Position numbers and translations under genes: made by a program
Part shown: in pieces, positions 10,011 through 19,692 of the stretch
How positions within the stretch are numbered: position 1 is the first letter of the stretch
How the letters are laid out: every line of letters starts with the position of its first letter
The notes under the pieces: generated by a model
What the model was told of the DNA's origin: nothing
The model's input: the letters and a program-made list of their open reading frames with translations, nothing else
The model's database searches: none
Assembly: GCA_964647855.1 (NCBI GenBank)
Contig: CAZYJW010000003.1
Location: 67,431-131,430 of the forward strand
Source of the DNA: Candidatus Micrarchaeota archaeon
GTDB lineage: Archaea > Micrarchaeota > Micrarchaeia > Anstonellales > Bilamarchaeaceae
Length of the DNA stretch: 64,000 bases
Direction of reading: 5' to 3'

Positions 10011-11531
10011 TCAGCCGCCCGACATGTTGCCGATGTCGTCGAATTCGCCGGAGAAAAGCAGGTCGAAGAAGTCCCGGACCAGCATGCCCGCGTATCTCCG
10101 CGTGAGGGCGTGCTCGGCCCTCCTCGCAATGCGCCGCAGCCCGTCCGGAATCGCCGCGCGCTCGGAATGCACTGTTATTGCCTCCTTCCTCGCGACCGCG
10201 AAGACGCTGCCGGCCATCTCGACCGCGCGGCTTCGGAGCATGTCGATGAGCTCCGGCACGCCCGGGCGCCCCCTGAAGGAGCCCTTCGGGACAACGATGG
10301 AGGTGCTGCCCATCGCAAGCGAATCGCCCCCCAGGATGTAGCCTTTGCCGCCGGGGGGCCGGACGAAAGGAAGCGTCTTGTGCTCGTCGGTCTCGAAATG
10401 GGTGTGCAGCCCGAATGATTCGCGGAGGTGCTGGGCGAGGGCGTAGTTTGTCTGGTTCACCCACAGCCTCCTGTTGCCGACATGCCTGCGGTTCGCCTCC
10501 CTGAGGAAGGCCTTGAGCTTCGCGTTCCCTATGCCCACCTCGTCCGCCTTCGCATGCAGGCTCGGGTTCCACATGGCGATGCTGTCGAAGCGCTGGGCTA
10601 TCATGTTCGCCTGGTCCAACGTGAGCGCGCCGGTGTCCACGGCCGTATAGAGCCCGACCATGGGGACCGGGAGGCCCGGTGAGTTGAAATTGACCGGATG
10701 CGCTATCCCCAGGAGCGCCATGTTGGCCTTCTGGAGGGCGAAGAGCACGTCCAGCATGTCCCCCATCGGCATGCCGCTGAAGTAGGACGGCATGTCCAAA
10801 TCATCGCGGCGCGCAAGGACGCTGCGCGTAAGGTATTCCGCCGCGCTCGCGTTGCGCAGGAGGACGAGGAAATGGGGGCCGTTGGGCTCCCGAAGGGGCG
10901 CGGTCAGCTCGGTGGCCCGCACTGGAATGAAGCCGAGCCAGTGGCCCGCCCACGCCATCACGTCGTATGTGGCCTTCGAAAAGCTGTTGTGCGGGGTGAG
11001 GGCGTAGTAATCCACGTGGTAGAACAGGGCCTTGCGCAGGTTGTCGGTGAGGTATGATATGCCGTCGTCGTATTTCACGCTGCCCCATCGCAGGCGGCTG
11101 CCGTCGGCGTCCCGCATGGGCGGGCAGAGGGAGCCGAAATGCGAGTGCATGTCGATTCTCAGCTCGTTTGGCGCCTTCTTTGCCGAGTCCCCGATGATTT
11201 TCTCGACCGCCCCCTCTATCATCCAGTCGCTCGCGCCCGGCGGGAGAACGGTCTTGCGGAGGTATTCCTCCCTGCGGAGGGAAACGCCGCCCGGGTCGGG
11301 GTTGTACCAGTGCACCGCCACCGAGCCGTCCTGCTCCCTGGTGGCCAGCACGCAAAAGGACGAGCTTTTTCCGTCGAGGGCCCGGTTGAATACCAATTCG
11401 TCTTCGCGGTATATCGCCCTGCCCATAGGGCGCTCGTGGAGCGGGGCGTGCCTGGCCAGGGGGAACCCCGCCTTCGCCATCCTCTCCGCGAGCCTCTCTG
11501 CGACGTTCTTCGCAACGAGCGCGCCTGCCAT
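10011..11531 (-). CDS. PHP-family metal-dependent phosphoesterase-like protein with N-terminal extension
   Basis: DMHSH, TPHN, E...H, IAHP, TDEH motifs in PHP order; start trimmed to MAGALV. Confidence 0.65.
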   Translation of the reverse strand: MAGALVAKNVAERLAERMAKAGFPLARHAPLHERPMGRAIYREDELVFNRALDGKSSSFCVLATREQDGSVAVHWYNPDPGGVSLRREEYLRKTVLPPGASDWMIEGAVEKIIGDSAKKAPNELRIDMHSHFGSLCPPMRDADGSRLRWGSVKYDDGISYLTDNLRKALFYHVDYYALTPHNSFSKATYDVMAWAGHWLGFIPVRATELTAPLREPNGPHFLVLLRNASAAEYLTRSVLARRDDLDMPSYFSGMPMGDMLDVLFALQKANMALLGIAHPVNFNSPGLPVPMVGLYTAVDTGALTLDQANMIAQRFDSIAMWNPSLHAKADEVGIGNAKLKAFLREANRRHVGNRRLWVNQTNYALAQHLRESFGLHTHFETDEHKTLPFVRPPGGKGYILGGDSLAMGSTSIVVPKGSFRGRPGVPELIDMLRSRAVEMAGSVFAVARKEAITVHSERAAIPDGLRRIARRAEHALTRRYAGMLVRDFFDLLFSGEFDDIGNMSGG

Positions 11532-11743
11532 TCTCCCACCCGCATATATATGTGTGTAAAAGTGTTTATAATAGGGCTGGAAGGATGGAAAACGCGCCCG
11601 CTGCGAAAGCCGGCGCTTTCGCTTCCGTCCCGAATCCAATTGGCACGGCTGATTCCGCATGGGATAAAAAAAGGGGTTCGGGCCCGGGCATTGTGTCGTT
11701 CCGACACTTCGCCCCATGCCCTGCAGTGCGGCTTATGTATTCA

Positions 11744-11957
11744 CGGGCCCGGGGGGATTTGAACCCCCGACCTACAGCTGCCATCTTTTTGGGAAAAAGG
11801 TGGCTCCAAAAACCACCCCTTCGCCAAATAATAGAAGGCTGCCGCTCTATCCAAGCTTCTCTCCGCCGTTGATTTGGAACGGGCCAAAACGCGAAGCGTT
11901 CTCATCTACGTGTTTTGGGCCGCCTTTTCCCAAAAGGCGGAACTGAGCTACGAGCCC
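11744..11957 (-). tRNA. tRNA-Arg(TCT) with two introns (15/16: 11856-11942, 87 nt; 37/38: 11780-11831, 52 nt)
   Basis: Spliced GGGCTCG TA GCTC AGCTTGGATA GAGC G GCAGC CTTCTAA GCTGT AGGTC GGGGG TTCAAAT CCCCC CGGGCCC G folds to a cloverleaf; BHB-like junctions. Confidence 0.93.
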
Positions 11958-12009
11958 TGCGACAATTAGAAGGATAAGCGAAATTAAAAAACAAACCTAA
12001 AACGGGGAT

Positions 12010-12114
12010 TCAGTCCCCCTCTTCCTCCCCCCAGTCCTCATCCTCGAAATCGTCCTCGCTCCAGCCCTCCTCTTCTTCGATGCCGAGCGGATGGGCGAAA
12101 TCCAGGGGTGTCAC
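12010..12114 (-). CDS. Hyper-acidic microprotein 2 (34 aa, GTG start)
   Basis: MTPLDFAHPLGIEEEEGWSEDDFEDEDWGEEEGD; GTGA overlap with the upstream ORF; aligns without gaps to microprotein 1. Confidence 0.6.
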   Translation of the reverse strand: MTPLDFAHPLGIEEEEGWSEDDFEDEDWGEEEGD

Positions 12115-12197
12115 TCGTCCTCTTCCTCTTCCCACTCCTCTTCCTCGGAGTCTTCGTCTTCCCAGTCTTCCTCTTCGTCAATGCTAAGGGGCATCAT
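12111..12197 (-). CDS. Hyper-acidic microprotein 1 (28 aa)
   Basis: MMPLSIDEEEDWEDEDSEEEEWEEEEDE; AGGTGGA RBS-like element and AT-rich TATA-like sequence near 12238-12250 upstream. Confidence 0.65.
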   Translation of the reverse strand: MMPLSIDEEEDWEDEDSEEEEWEEEEDE

Positions 12198-12299
12198 GCT
12201 ATCCACCTGGAATTTTGATGGTATAACGACGCAAGTCTTTTAAATATACTCGATGAGCCGGCGCGGAAAAGGTAAAAAACCGGAGCGAGATGAATAGGC

Positions 12300-12776
12300 A
12301 TGGACCTTCTCCGGATGAACTGGGATTCGACGATTCGGCATTGCGAGGAGCTTGCGGGCATGATCGGCGGTTATAAGCCGGACATGATTGTCGGCCTCTC
12401 CAGGGGCGGCCTCGTCCCGGCGCGCATAATGTCCGACCTCCTCGCCGTGAAGGATGTCGGGGTTCTTGGCATAAGCTTCTATCGGGCCATGGAGAAGGCC
12501 TCCGACTTCCCGAAGATAACGCAGGAGCTTGCGATGGACCTTTCAGGAAAGCGCATCCTCGTCGTGGACGATGTCGCGGACACCGGACGCAGCCTCATGG
12601 TCGCGAAGGATTACCTGAAGCGCAAGGGCGCGGCCGAGATAAGGATCGCCACCATACACTACAAGCCGGTCTCGGCGTTCAAGCCGGACTATTTCGTGGC
12701 CACGACCACGGCGTGGATAGTCTACCCGTGGGAGCGCCACGAGATCGAGCGCGAGCTCGCCGCGAGGAAGGGATGA
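12300..12776 (+). CDS. Purine phosphoribosyltransferase (type I PRTase)
   Basis: GLSRGGLVP, ILVVDDVADTGRS PRPP loop, WIVYPWE. Confidence 0.93.
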   Translation: MDLLRMNWDSTIRHCEELAGMIGGYKPDMIVGLSRGGLVPARIMSDLLAVKDVGVLGISFYRAMEKASDFPKITQELAMDLSGKRILVVDDVADTGRSLMVAKDYLKRKGAAEIRIATIHYKPVSAFKPDYFVATTTAWIVYPWERHEIERELAARKG

Positions 12777-14672
12777 CTATTTCAGCCGCACGGCCTCGAG
12801 GTCCGCAATCGCCCTGGAGTCCTTGCGCATCATCATGCCCACGGAGCGGGCGAAATCCTCCGTCTTGCCCCAGTCGCCGTGCATCGTCAGGATGCGCTCG
12901 GGCGCGGGGCGCAGGTTCTTGAGGTACGCCATCAGCTGGGCCCTGTCCGAGTGGCCCGAATAGCCCTCGCAGGTCTCCACGCGCATGTTGATGTTTAGCG
13001 TCTTCATCTTCCCGTCGTCGCCGAGGATGGGCAGTTCCCTCATGCCGCGCTGAATCTTGTTGCCCAGCGAGAGGGCGCTCTGGTAGCCCACGAAGAGGAG
13101 CGCGTTGTTCGGGTCGTCCGCCATGAGCTTCAGGTACTCGTAGGACGGCCCGCCGGTGAGCATGCCCGACGGGGCGAGGATTATCGCCGGCTCGCCGTTC
13201 ACTATCTCCTCGCGGGACATGCCGCGCGCGACCTTTATGAGGGGCGACTCGAAGGGGCTCCTGTCGGACAGGATGCGCCTCTGGAGCTGCTCGCGCATGT
13301 ATTCGGGGTATGCCGTGTGGATGGCCGATGCCTCCATAATCATGCCGTCGATGTATATCGGCAGGTTGAAGTCGGGGTCGCGGCGGGTCATCTCCTCCAG
13401 GACGAGGAGCATCTCCTGCGAGCGGCCGACCGCGAACACCGGTATCAGCACCTTGCCGCGCTTGGCAGCCGTCTCCTTTATGATGGCATGCAGGCGCTTC
13501 TCGCTGTCGAAGCGGTTCACCGATATGTCGTTCCTTCCCCCGTAGGTGCTCTCTATGAAGAGCGTCTCGAGCCGCGGGAAGTGCGTGGTCGCGGGGTCGA
13601 AGAGCCTCGTGAATCCGAACTTGAGGTCGCCCGTGTAGACCAGGTTGTGGGCCCCCTCGCCGATGTGGAGGTGGACGCTCGAGCTGCCGAGCATGTGCCC
13701 GGCATTGTAGAGCGTCATCTTTATCTCGGGGGTGATGTCCACGACCTCCTCGTAATCCACGGTCACCACGTTGCGGAGCTCCTTGTAGATGTCCTTCTTC
13801 GTGTAGGGCGGGTCGACGTCGAAGGCCTTCTTGCACAGGTTGAGATAGTCCTGCTGCAGGAGCACCATGAAGTCGCGGGTCGGCGGGGTGCAGTAGACCG
13901 GGCCGTCGTAGCCGTATGCGAAGAGGTATGGCAGGAACCCCATGTGGTCCATGTGCCCGTGGCTCACCACCACGGCGTCTATGTCCTCGAGCGAGAAGCC
14001 CATCATGTTGAGGTATGGGTATGCCTTGGTGGAGTCTCCGGTCGCCGGATTGACGCCAACGTCGATGAGCACCTTCGAGTTCGGCGTCTGGACCAGCATG
14101 CACGAGCGGCCGACTTCCCGGAACCCGCCGAGGGCCATGACCCGCACCCAGTCGCCCGAGGGGGATGGCTGGCATATCTTCTTCCCGATGTTCACGAGGA
14201 ACTTCTTCCTCTCCGCGGCCTCGAGCGCGTTTATCTTCCGAACGCCCTCCAGCGTGGCCGATGGCATCGTCGGGGCGCGCAGCGTCACCGGCGCCCAGTT
14301 GGTGCGGAGCATTATCTCCTTGAGTATGGAGCCGCCCTTGCCTATCACGAGGCCGGGCTTTATCGCCTCGATGCGCACCTCGCACATCTCCGGCACGAAG
14401 GTTATGCTCTTGATGTCCGCTTCCTTGGGGACCAGCGTCTCTATGGCCTTCCGGGCCTCCTCGACGTCTGATAGGTGCGCCGGGTCGACGCGAATCGTGA
14501 CCTTCTTCTTGAGCGCGCTCGCAAGTTCCTTGATGAGCCGGTCGTTCGAGTAGAACGCGCGTATGTTCTTGATGTATATCACTGTGGAGAGCCCCTCTGG
14601 CTCCACTTTCGTCACCTCGCAGTCCGGAGGCATGATTTCTCCTATTTTCTTTACTATGTCCTTATAGTGCAA
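12777..14672 (-). CDS. fttA: aCPSF1/FttA KH-domain beta-CASP ribonuclease (transcription termination factor)
   Basis: KH domains (PGLVIGKGG), GGFREVGRS, SHGHMDH, AGHMLGSS, GYSGHSD; follows psmB as in the conserved archaeal pair. Confidence 0.96.
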   Translation of the reverse strand: MHYKDIVKKIGEIMPPDCEVTKVEPEGLSTVIYIKNIRAFYSNDRLIKELASALKKKVTIRVDPAHLSDVEEARKAIETLVPKEADIKSITFVPEMCEVRIEAIKPGLVIGKGGSILKEIMLRTNWAPVTLRAPTMPSATLEGVRKINALEAAERKKFLVNIGKKICQPSPSGDWVRVMALGGFREVGRSCMLVQTPNSKVLIDVGVNPATGDSTKAYPYLNMMGFSLEDIDAVVVSHGHMDHMGFLPYLFAYGYDGPVYCTPPTRDFMVLLQQDYLNLCKKAFDVDPPYTKKDIYKELRNVVTVDYEEVVDITPEIKMTLYNAGHMLGSSSVHLHIGEGAHNLVYTGDLKFGFTRLFDPATTHFPRLETLFIESTYGGRNDISVNRFDSEKRLHAIIKETAAKRGKVLIPVFAVGRSQEMLLVLEEMTRRDPDFNLPIYIDGMIMEASAIHTAYPEYMREQLQRRILSDRSPFESPLIKVARGMSREEIVNGEPAIILAPSGMLTGGPSYEYLKLMADDPNNALLFVGYQSALSLGNKIQRGMRELPILGDDGKMKTLNINMRVETCEGYSGHSDRAQLMAYLKNLRPAPERILTMHGDWGKTEDFARSVGMMMRKDSRAIADLEAVRLK

Positions 14673-14751
14673 TAAAACACCCGTAGAGTTAGTCGGTGAT
14701 TATTCAAACGCAGAAGCCCGAAGATTCCGGGAAAAACGAAAGATGCGGCGC

Positions 14752-15384
14752 TCAGCCGTTCAGCAGCCTGGAGACGTCTTCCTTCTCCATCCGCTTGAAT
14801 CCGAATTTCGTGACGACACAGAGGTCGACCCTCTCCCCGCTCGCGGCGTCGCGCTTCATCGCGGCGCTAACAGCCTTCGCCGCGACGGGAAGGTTGACGC
14901 TGATGTCGCGGTCGGCGATGAAGAGCTCCTCAAGGACGCCGTAGGCTATCGGGGAGCCGCTCCCCGTGGAGGTGTATTTCTCCTCCGTGATGCCGCCTAG
15001 CATGTCGACCGAGAAGAGCCGGGGCCTCTCGTCGATTCCCCCGATGAGGAGCTGGACGAAGAACGGGAAGAACTTGTACTGGGAGAGGATGTTGGCGAGA
15101 AGCGTCGCGGCGGCCTCCACCGTTGCGGGCTTCTCGTGCTTGAGCTCGTAGAGCTTGAGTTCTGCGGTCATCCACCGGATCAGGGTCTGCGCGTCGCCCA
15201 CGCCGCCCGCGATGGTCATGGCGATGCGGTCGCTGACCGGATATATCTTGTCGATGTCCTTGCTGGCTATCAGGTATCCCATCGTGGCCCTGCGGTCGCT
15301 CGCAAGCACAACGCCATCCTTGCAGATCAGGCCCACGGTTGTGGTCCCGGTCTGGATGCCGTTCGATTTGGCGGTATCTTCCAT
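14752..15384 (-). CDS. psmB: Proteasome subunit beta
   Basis: Short propeptide then TG/TTTVG, ASDRRAT, TGSGSP.AYGVLE, RDAASG. Confidence 0.97.
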   Translation of the reverse strand: MEDTAKSNGIQTGTTTVGLICKDGVVLASDRRATMGYLIASKDIDKIYPVSDRIAMTIAGGVGDAQTLIRWMTAELKLYELKHEKPATVEAAATLLANILSQYKFFPFFVQLLIGGIDERPRLFSVDMLGGITEEKYTSTGSGSPIAYGVLEELFIADRDISVNLPVAAKAVSAAMKRDAASGERVDLCVVTKFGFKRMEKEDVSRLLNG

Positions 15385-15479
15385 AAAATCACGGGAGAAC
15401 GAGTTGTAAGGGAATGTATAGGGGAGCATTTATAATACTGATTGAGCGCCGTCCGAAGATGAATGGGGGCACGGGCGGC

Positions 15480-15929
15480 CTACTGGCATTTTCCCATGAG
15501 CGGCTTCGCCCCCGCCTGCCTCAGGCCTGATATCGGCCCCCGGTCATAGGTGATGACCACGTTCTCCAGGATGAAGGCGGTTCCCGGCTCGCCGCAGCTT
15601 GAGGCGAGGCCCACTGAGAATGCCTTCGCCTCGCCGCCATCCAATACCGATTCGCCGGAGAACACGGGGTCCCCGCCCACCGAGATGCCCGTTATCGTCA
15701 GCGCCTCCGCGTCTTTGTTCTGGAGCGTGAAGCCGAGCTCTGTGCCGCTCGCGTTGTAATCCGTTATGGCGAAGGGCGAGGCCGACTTCCAGTAGGCCCT
15801 GCCCTGCTGCTCGATGGAGCCAGCGCCGAGGCCGGAGTAGCCGCCGGCCAGGTACACGACGACAAGCGCAATCACCAGCACGACCGCGAGGATGACGATG
15901 TATTCCGTCGACATCTGGCCCTTAACCAA
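15480..15929 (-). CDS. Archaeal type IV pilin-like protein (class III signal peptide)
   Basis: KG/QMSTEYIVILAVVLVIALVVV; probable TTG start after GGTGA RBS. Confidence 0.85.
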   Translation of the reverse strand: MVKGQMSTEYIVILAVVLVIALVVVYLAGGYSGLGAGSIEQQGRAYWKSASPFAITDYNASGTELGFTLQNKDAEALTITGISVGGDPVFSGESVLDGGEAKAFSVGLASSCGEPGTAFILENVVITYDRGPISGLRQAGAKPLMGKCQ

Positions 15930-15960
15930 AGCATCACCGGACGTGAAAGGGAAGGCAAGG

Positions 15961-18690
15961 TTATAATTCCTTCCCCATGCCACGGCGAGGGGCGGAATCA
16001 GCGGCCCTTGCGCCGCTTCGGCTCCCGTGACCCGGAAGAAGGAACGGCTCGAGCCTGAGCAGGACTGCCAGGATGGCGAGGTATGCGACGAGACCCGCCG
16101 CTATCTCCTCGAGCTCCCCGATTCCGAGCGGGACTGTGCCGAAGTACGTGTTGAGAGGCGGGTTGATGACCGCGAACTCGAGCGCCAGCGAGACGGCGAC
16201 CGCAATGTGGAGGTAGCCGTTCGAGAGCAGCCCGGCGCCGAAGCGCCAGCGCACGATGTATACGGTCAGCATCTCAAGCATCACGAAGGTGACGAAAAGG
16301 ACTGTTTGCGCCTTGATGGCGTCCCCGAACGATAGCATGTGGGCATAGACCGCCAGGATGGCCGCCGTGGCGCTGACGCCGATGGCCGCAAGCAGGTAGA
16401 TGGTTCTCGCGTCCACCATGCGCTCGCCCTTCCTGCGCGGGGCGCGCCTCATGATTCCCCTGGCGGGCGGGTCCACCCCGAGAGCCAGGGCTGGAAGCCC
16501 GTCGGTCACGAGGTTTATCCAAAGCAGCTGTATCGCTATCTTGGCGGATATGCCAAGCGAGAGGATGGTCGCGAGGAACACTATCAGGACCTCGGCGATG
16601 TTCGCGCCCAGGAGGTATACCACGAACTTGCGTATGTTGTCGAACGTGCCCCGCCCCTCCGAGATTGCGTTGCGTATCGTGATGAAGTTGTCGTCGAGGA
16701 CTATGATGTCGCTCGCCTGCTTGGTGACCTCCGTGCCGCGTATGCCCATGGCGATGCCCACATCCGCGTTCTTGATGGCCCCGGCGTCGTTGACGCCGTC
16801 GCCGGTCATGCAGACCACATGATTGTTCGCCCTGAGGGCCTTTAGGAGCATGACCTTGTGCTTTGGGCTCGTCCGGGCGTATATGTCAATCTGCTCCACA
16901 GCCCGCGAGAGCCCCTCCTCGCCGAGCGCATCCATCTCGGCGCCCGCCATGGTCTTCGGGCCGAAGCCCAGCTCCCGGCCAACGGCCTCGGCCGTATACC
17001 TGTTGTCGCCGGTGACCATTATCACGCGGATGCCCGCCCGCCTGCAGTCCTCGACCGCCTCCTTCACGCCTTCACGGGGTGGGTCTATCATGCCCATCAG
17101 CCCGAGGAAGGTGAGGCCGTGCTCAAGGCCTTCCTCGTCCATCGAGGGGGGGGAGTCCCGGGTCGCGAAAGCGAGGACACGGAGGGCGGATGCGGCCATC
17201 TGGTTGTTGTGGCCGAGGATATGTTCGCGGTCCTTTGGCGTGATTTTCTTCGAGCGGCCGCGGATCATGATGGATGTGCAGCGCTCGAGAAGGACCTCGG
17301 GCGCCCCCTTCACATAGGCGGATGTGCGCTTGCCGTCGCTGTTCGCGGTCGACATCAGCTTGCGGTCTGCCGAGAACGAAACCTCGCCCACGCGCCGGCT
17401 GGCCGAGCGAAGGGCCGTCACGTCCATCCCCGCCTTGATGGCGGGTATCAGGACGGCTATCTCGGTCGGGTCGCCCTTGAAGCCGCCCTCTCCGGCCTCT
17501 GCGTCGTTGCAGAGGGCCGCGCAGCGGAGAAGCGGCTCGATGTCGCCCTCCCGGCCGCCGCTAAGCGGTATGAACTCGCCCCGCAGGTCGTGGCCGGTTC
17601 CGGTGATTTCGAACGACTCGCCGTCCAGATAGATGCGCGTGACCGTCATCACGTTCTCGGTCAGCGTGCCGGTCTTGTCCGTGCAGATGACGTCCACGGA
17701 CCCCAGGTCCTGGACCGTGGAGAGGCGGCGCATCAGGGCCTTCTGCTTGACCATGCGGTTTGTGGCGATAGAGAGCGAAAGCGTGACGACTGCGGGGAGG
17801 CCCTCCGGAATGGCCGCGACTCCGAGCGCGACTGCGGTCATGAATATGAAGAGAAGGTCCCCGGTACCCATGATGAATTCGGTCGCCGCTATCACGGCGA
17901 GGATGCCGAGGGTGAGTATCGAGACCTTTTTCCCGATGTCCTCGATTTCGAGCTGGAACTGCGTCACCTTTTCCGGAGCTTCGGCAATCTCGCGGGCGAT
18001 CATTCCGACCTCGGTCCGCAGGCCGGTCTCTACCACGACGGCGTTCGCCCGGCCCCGCGTCACCACCGTGTTCATGAACGCCATGTTCGTGCGCTCGGCC
18101 ACCGGCACCCCGGGCTGCAGGGCGCCGGCCCCCTTTGAGACGGGAACGCTCTCGCCGGTGAGGGACGACTCGTCGGTGAAAAGGGAGAAGCATTCGAAGA
18201 TGCGCGCGTCCGCCGCCACCTTGTCCCCCTCGCGGAGGACCAGGACGTCGCCCGGCACCACATCCTCCGAGTCGATTACTATTTCCTTCCCGCCGCGGAT
18301 GACCGCGGCGCGGGGGGCCGACATGCGCGTCAGCGCCTCGATGCTTTTTTCAGCCCGGTATTCCTGGATGAAGCCGAAGCACGCGTTCGCCACCACTATG
18401 GCGAAGATCAGGATTGCGTCGAAAATGTCCGCCTCTTCCGGGTCGACGAAGCTCAGTATGAACGACACCAGCGCGGCGGCGAGCAGCAGGAGAACGAGGG
18501 TGTTCCTGAACTGGTTGACGAAGATCCGGAGCGGGGACACCTCCTTCTTAATGGCTATCGTGTTGCGCCCGCGCGAGGCGAGCCGCTCCGCAGCCTCTTC
18601 TACGGAAATCCCCCGCGGGCCGGAGCCAACGCGCCGGAAGACGCCCTCGGCCGCCTCGGCATGCCAGGGGGCATCGGGCTTTCCGGCCAT
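15961..18690 (-). CDS. Cation (Ca2+-type, P-IIA) P-type ATPase
   Basis: TGES, AAIPEGLP, DKTGT, KGAPE, DPPR, TGDN, GDGVNDA, LWINLVTDGLPALALG. Confidence 0.96.
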   Translation of the reverse strand: MAGKPDAPWHAEAAEGVFRRVGSGPRGISVEEAAERLASRGRNTIAIKKEVSPLRIFVNQFRNTLVLLLLAAALVSFILSFVDPEEADIFDAILIFAIVVANACFGFIQEYRAEKSIEALTRMSAPRAAVIRGGKEIVIDSEDVVPGDVLVLREGDKVAADARIFECFSLFTDESSLTGESVPVSKGAGALQPGVPVAERTNMAFMNTVVTRGRANAVVVETGLRTEVGMIAREIAEAPEKVTQFQLEIEDIGKKVSILTLGILAVIAATEFIMGTGDLLFIFMTAVALGVAAIPEGLPAVVTLSLSIATNRMVKQKALMRRLSTVQDLGSVDVICTDKTGTLTENVMTVTRIYLDGESFEITGTGHDLRGEFIPLSGGREGDIEPLLRCAALCNDAEAGEGGFKGDPTEIAVLIPAIKAGMDVTALRSASRRVGEVSFSADRKLMSTANSDGKRTSAYVKGAPEVLLERCTSIMIRGRSKKITPKDREHILGHNNQMAASALRVLAFATRDSPPSMDEEGLEHGLTFLGLMGMIDPPREGVKEAVEDCRRAGIRVIMVTGDNRYTAEAVGRELGFGPKTMAGAEMDALGEEGLSRAVEQIDIYARTSPKHKVMLLKALRANNHVVCMTGDGVNDAGAIKNADVGIAMGIRGTEVTKQASDIIVLDDNFITIRNAISEGRGTFDNIRKFVVYLLGANIAEVLIVFLATILSLGISAKIAIQLLWINLVTDGLPALALGVDPPARGIMRRAPRRKGERMVDARTIYLLAAIGVSATAAILAVYAHMLSFGDAIKAQTVLFVTFVMLEMLTVYIVRWRFGAGLLSNGYLHIAVAVSLALEFAVINPPLNTYFGTVPLGIGELEEIAAGLVAYLAILAVLLRLEPFLLPGHGSRSGARAADSAPRRGMGKEL

Positions 18691-18705
18691 GGGAATCCCT
18701 CCGGG

Positions 18706-19602
18706 CTACTGCGCCGCGGCCGGCTCCGCGTCCAGCAGCGTCACGGTGAATTCAAGCGTCTTGTTCGCGAGCTTGTGGTTTGCGTCAAGCGTGATGTTCT
18801 GGTCGGTCTTGCCGGTTACCGTGAACACCGTGGCCGCCCCGGTGCGCGGGTCGGGCAGGGAGTATATCCTGCCCTCGTCGAGCATGTACTGGATGGTGGC
18901 CATCATCGTGGTGGCGTTGGAGACGTTCATGACCTTCTGGGGAATGCCGTTGTAGGTGAAGGATGCGCCCTCTATCGCCAGCGTGACGTAGAACAGGGTG
19001 ACGTTCTCATCGTTGAAGTCGTGGACGAACACGTCGCCGTAGGGGGAGTTGAACGTCGTGCCGTTCGAGATGTTGAGCCCCCGCTCCGTGAAATACGAGC
19101 GGGGCATGGTCTCGAAAACCGAGCGCTGGTAGTAGCGCGGAACGGTCACGACCTTGGATTCGTCATAGAGGCCGTATCCGCGCTCGGGGTCCACGCGGAA
19201 GCCGCGCGTCTCGTTCACCCTCATCCCGATGGTGTTTATTATGAACCCGTCTATCACGCCCTGGTTGAAGAGCACCGTGTAGGTGAATGGCGTGTACGCC
19301 TTCCTCGGATTGTATATGCCGGACTCGTTGGCTAGCGTGGCGTTGTTGGTGTCGTAGAGCTCCCCGTCCACGCGGAGCGCGTATGTCACCGATACCGTGT
19401 CGCCGAGGCTGACCGTGTAGTTGGCCGGAAGGCCGGGGGCGGTAGCGTTCTGTGCCGGGGTCAGGTTCTGGGCCGCCGATGCGTTCGTGGCGTTCGGCGC
19501 GGTCATAACCGGCGGGGAGCCGGTCGTGTTGCCGCCGTCCTGCGGGGGCGGATTCACGCACCCTGCCAGCACCATCATCCCGATTACCGCTAATATCATC
19601 AT
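18706..19602 (-). CDS. Lipoprotein FKBP/SlyD-type peptidyl-prolyl isomerase
   Basis: Lipobox LAGC; GDTVSVTY...DGELYDT, GVIDGF, PERGYG, DANHKLA..L.F; many NxT/S sequons. Confidence 0.85.
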   Translation of the reverse strand: MMILAVIGMMVLAGCVNPPPQDGGNTTGSPPVMTAPNATNASAAQNLTPAQNATAPGLPANYTVSLGDTVSVTYALRVDGELYDTNNATLANESGIYNPRKAYTPFTYTVLFNQGVIDGFIINTIGMRVNETRGFRVDPERGYGLYDESKVVTVPRYYQRSVFETMPRSYFTERGLNISNGTTFNSPYGDVFVHDFNDENVTLFYVTLAIEGASFTYNGIPQKVMNVSNATTMMATIQYMLDEGRIYSLPDPRTGAATVFTVTGKTDQNITLDANHKLANKTLEFTVTLLDAEPAAAQ

Positions 19603-19692
19603 GTTGCGCACGTTTTGCACCTCTCTTCCCGGGGATTCCCGGGGCCTTGCCCGCTGGGGGATTCGGGGGCCTTGCCCCCGAACCGCCCGAAT

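Noticed and set aside
11679-11688. 10-11 bp copies of tRNA 3' ends about 60 nt downstream (Arg 11679-11688; Ser 34903-34913) as attachment-site relics
   Set aside because: Short, GC-rich, partly palindromic matches that form parts of local hairpins; no integrase or cargo between the copies.
19625-19690. GC hairpins between tRNA-Trp and the FKBP gene as another cassette
   Set aside because: They do not copy the tRNA acceptor stem and have no 22-nt linker; likely ordinary trailer or leader structure.
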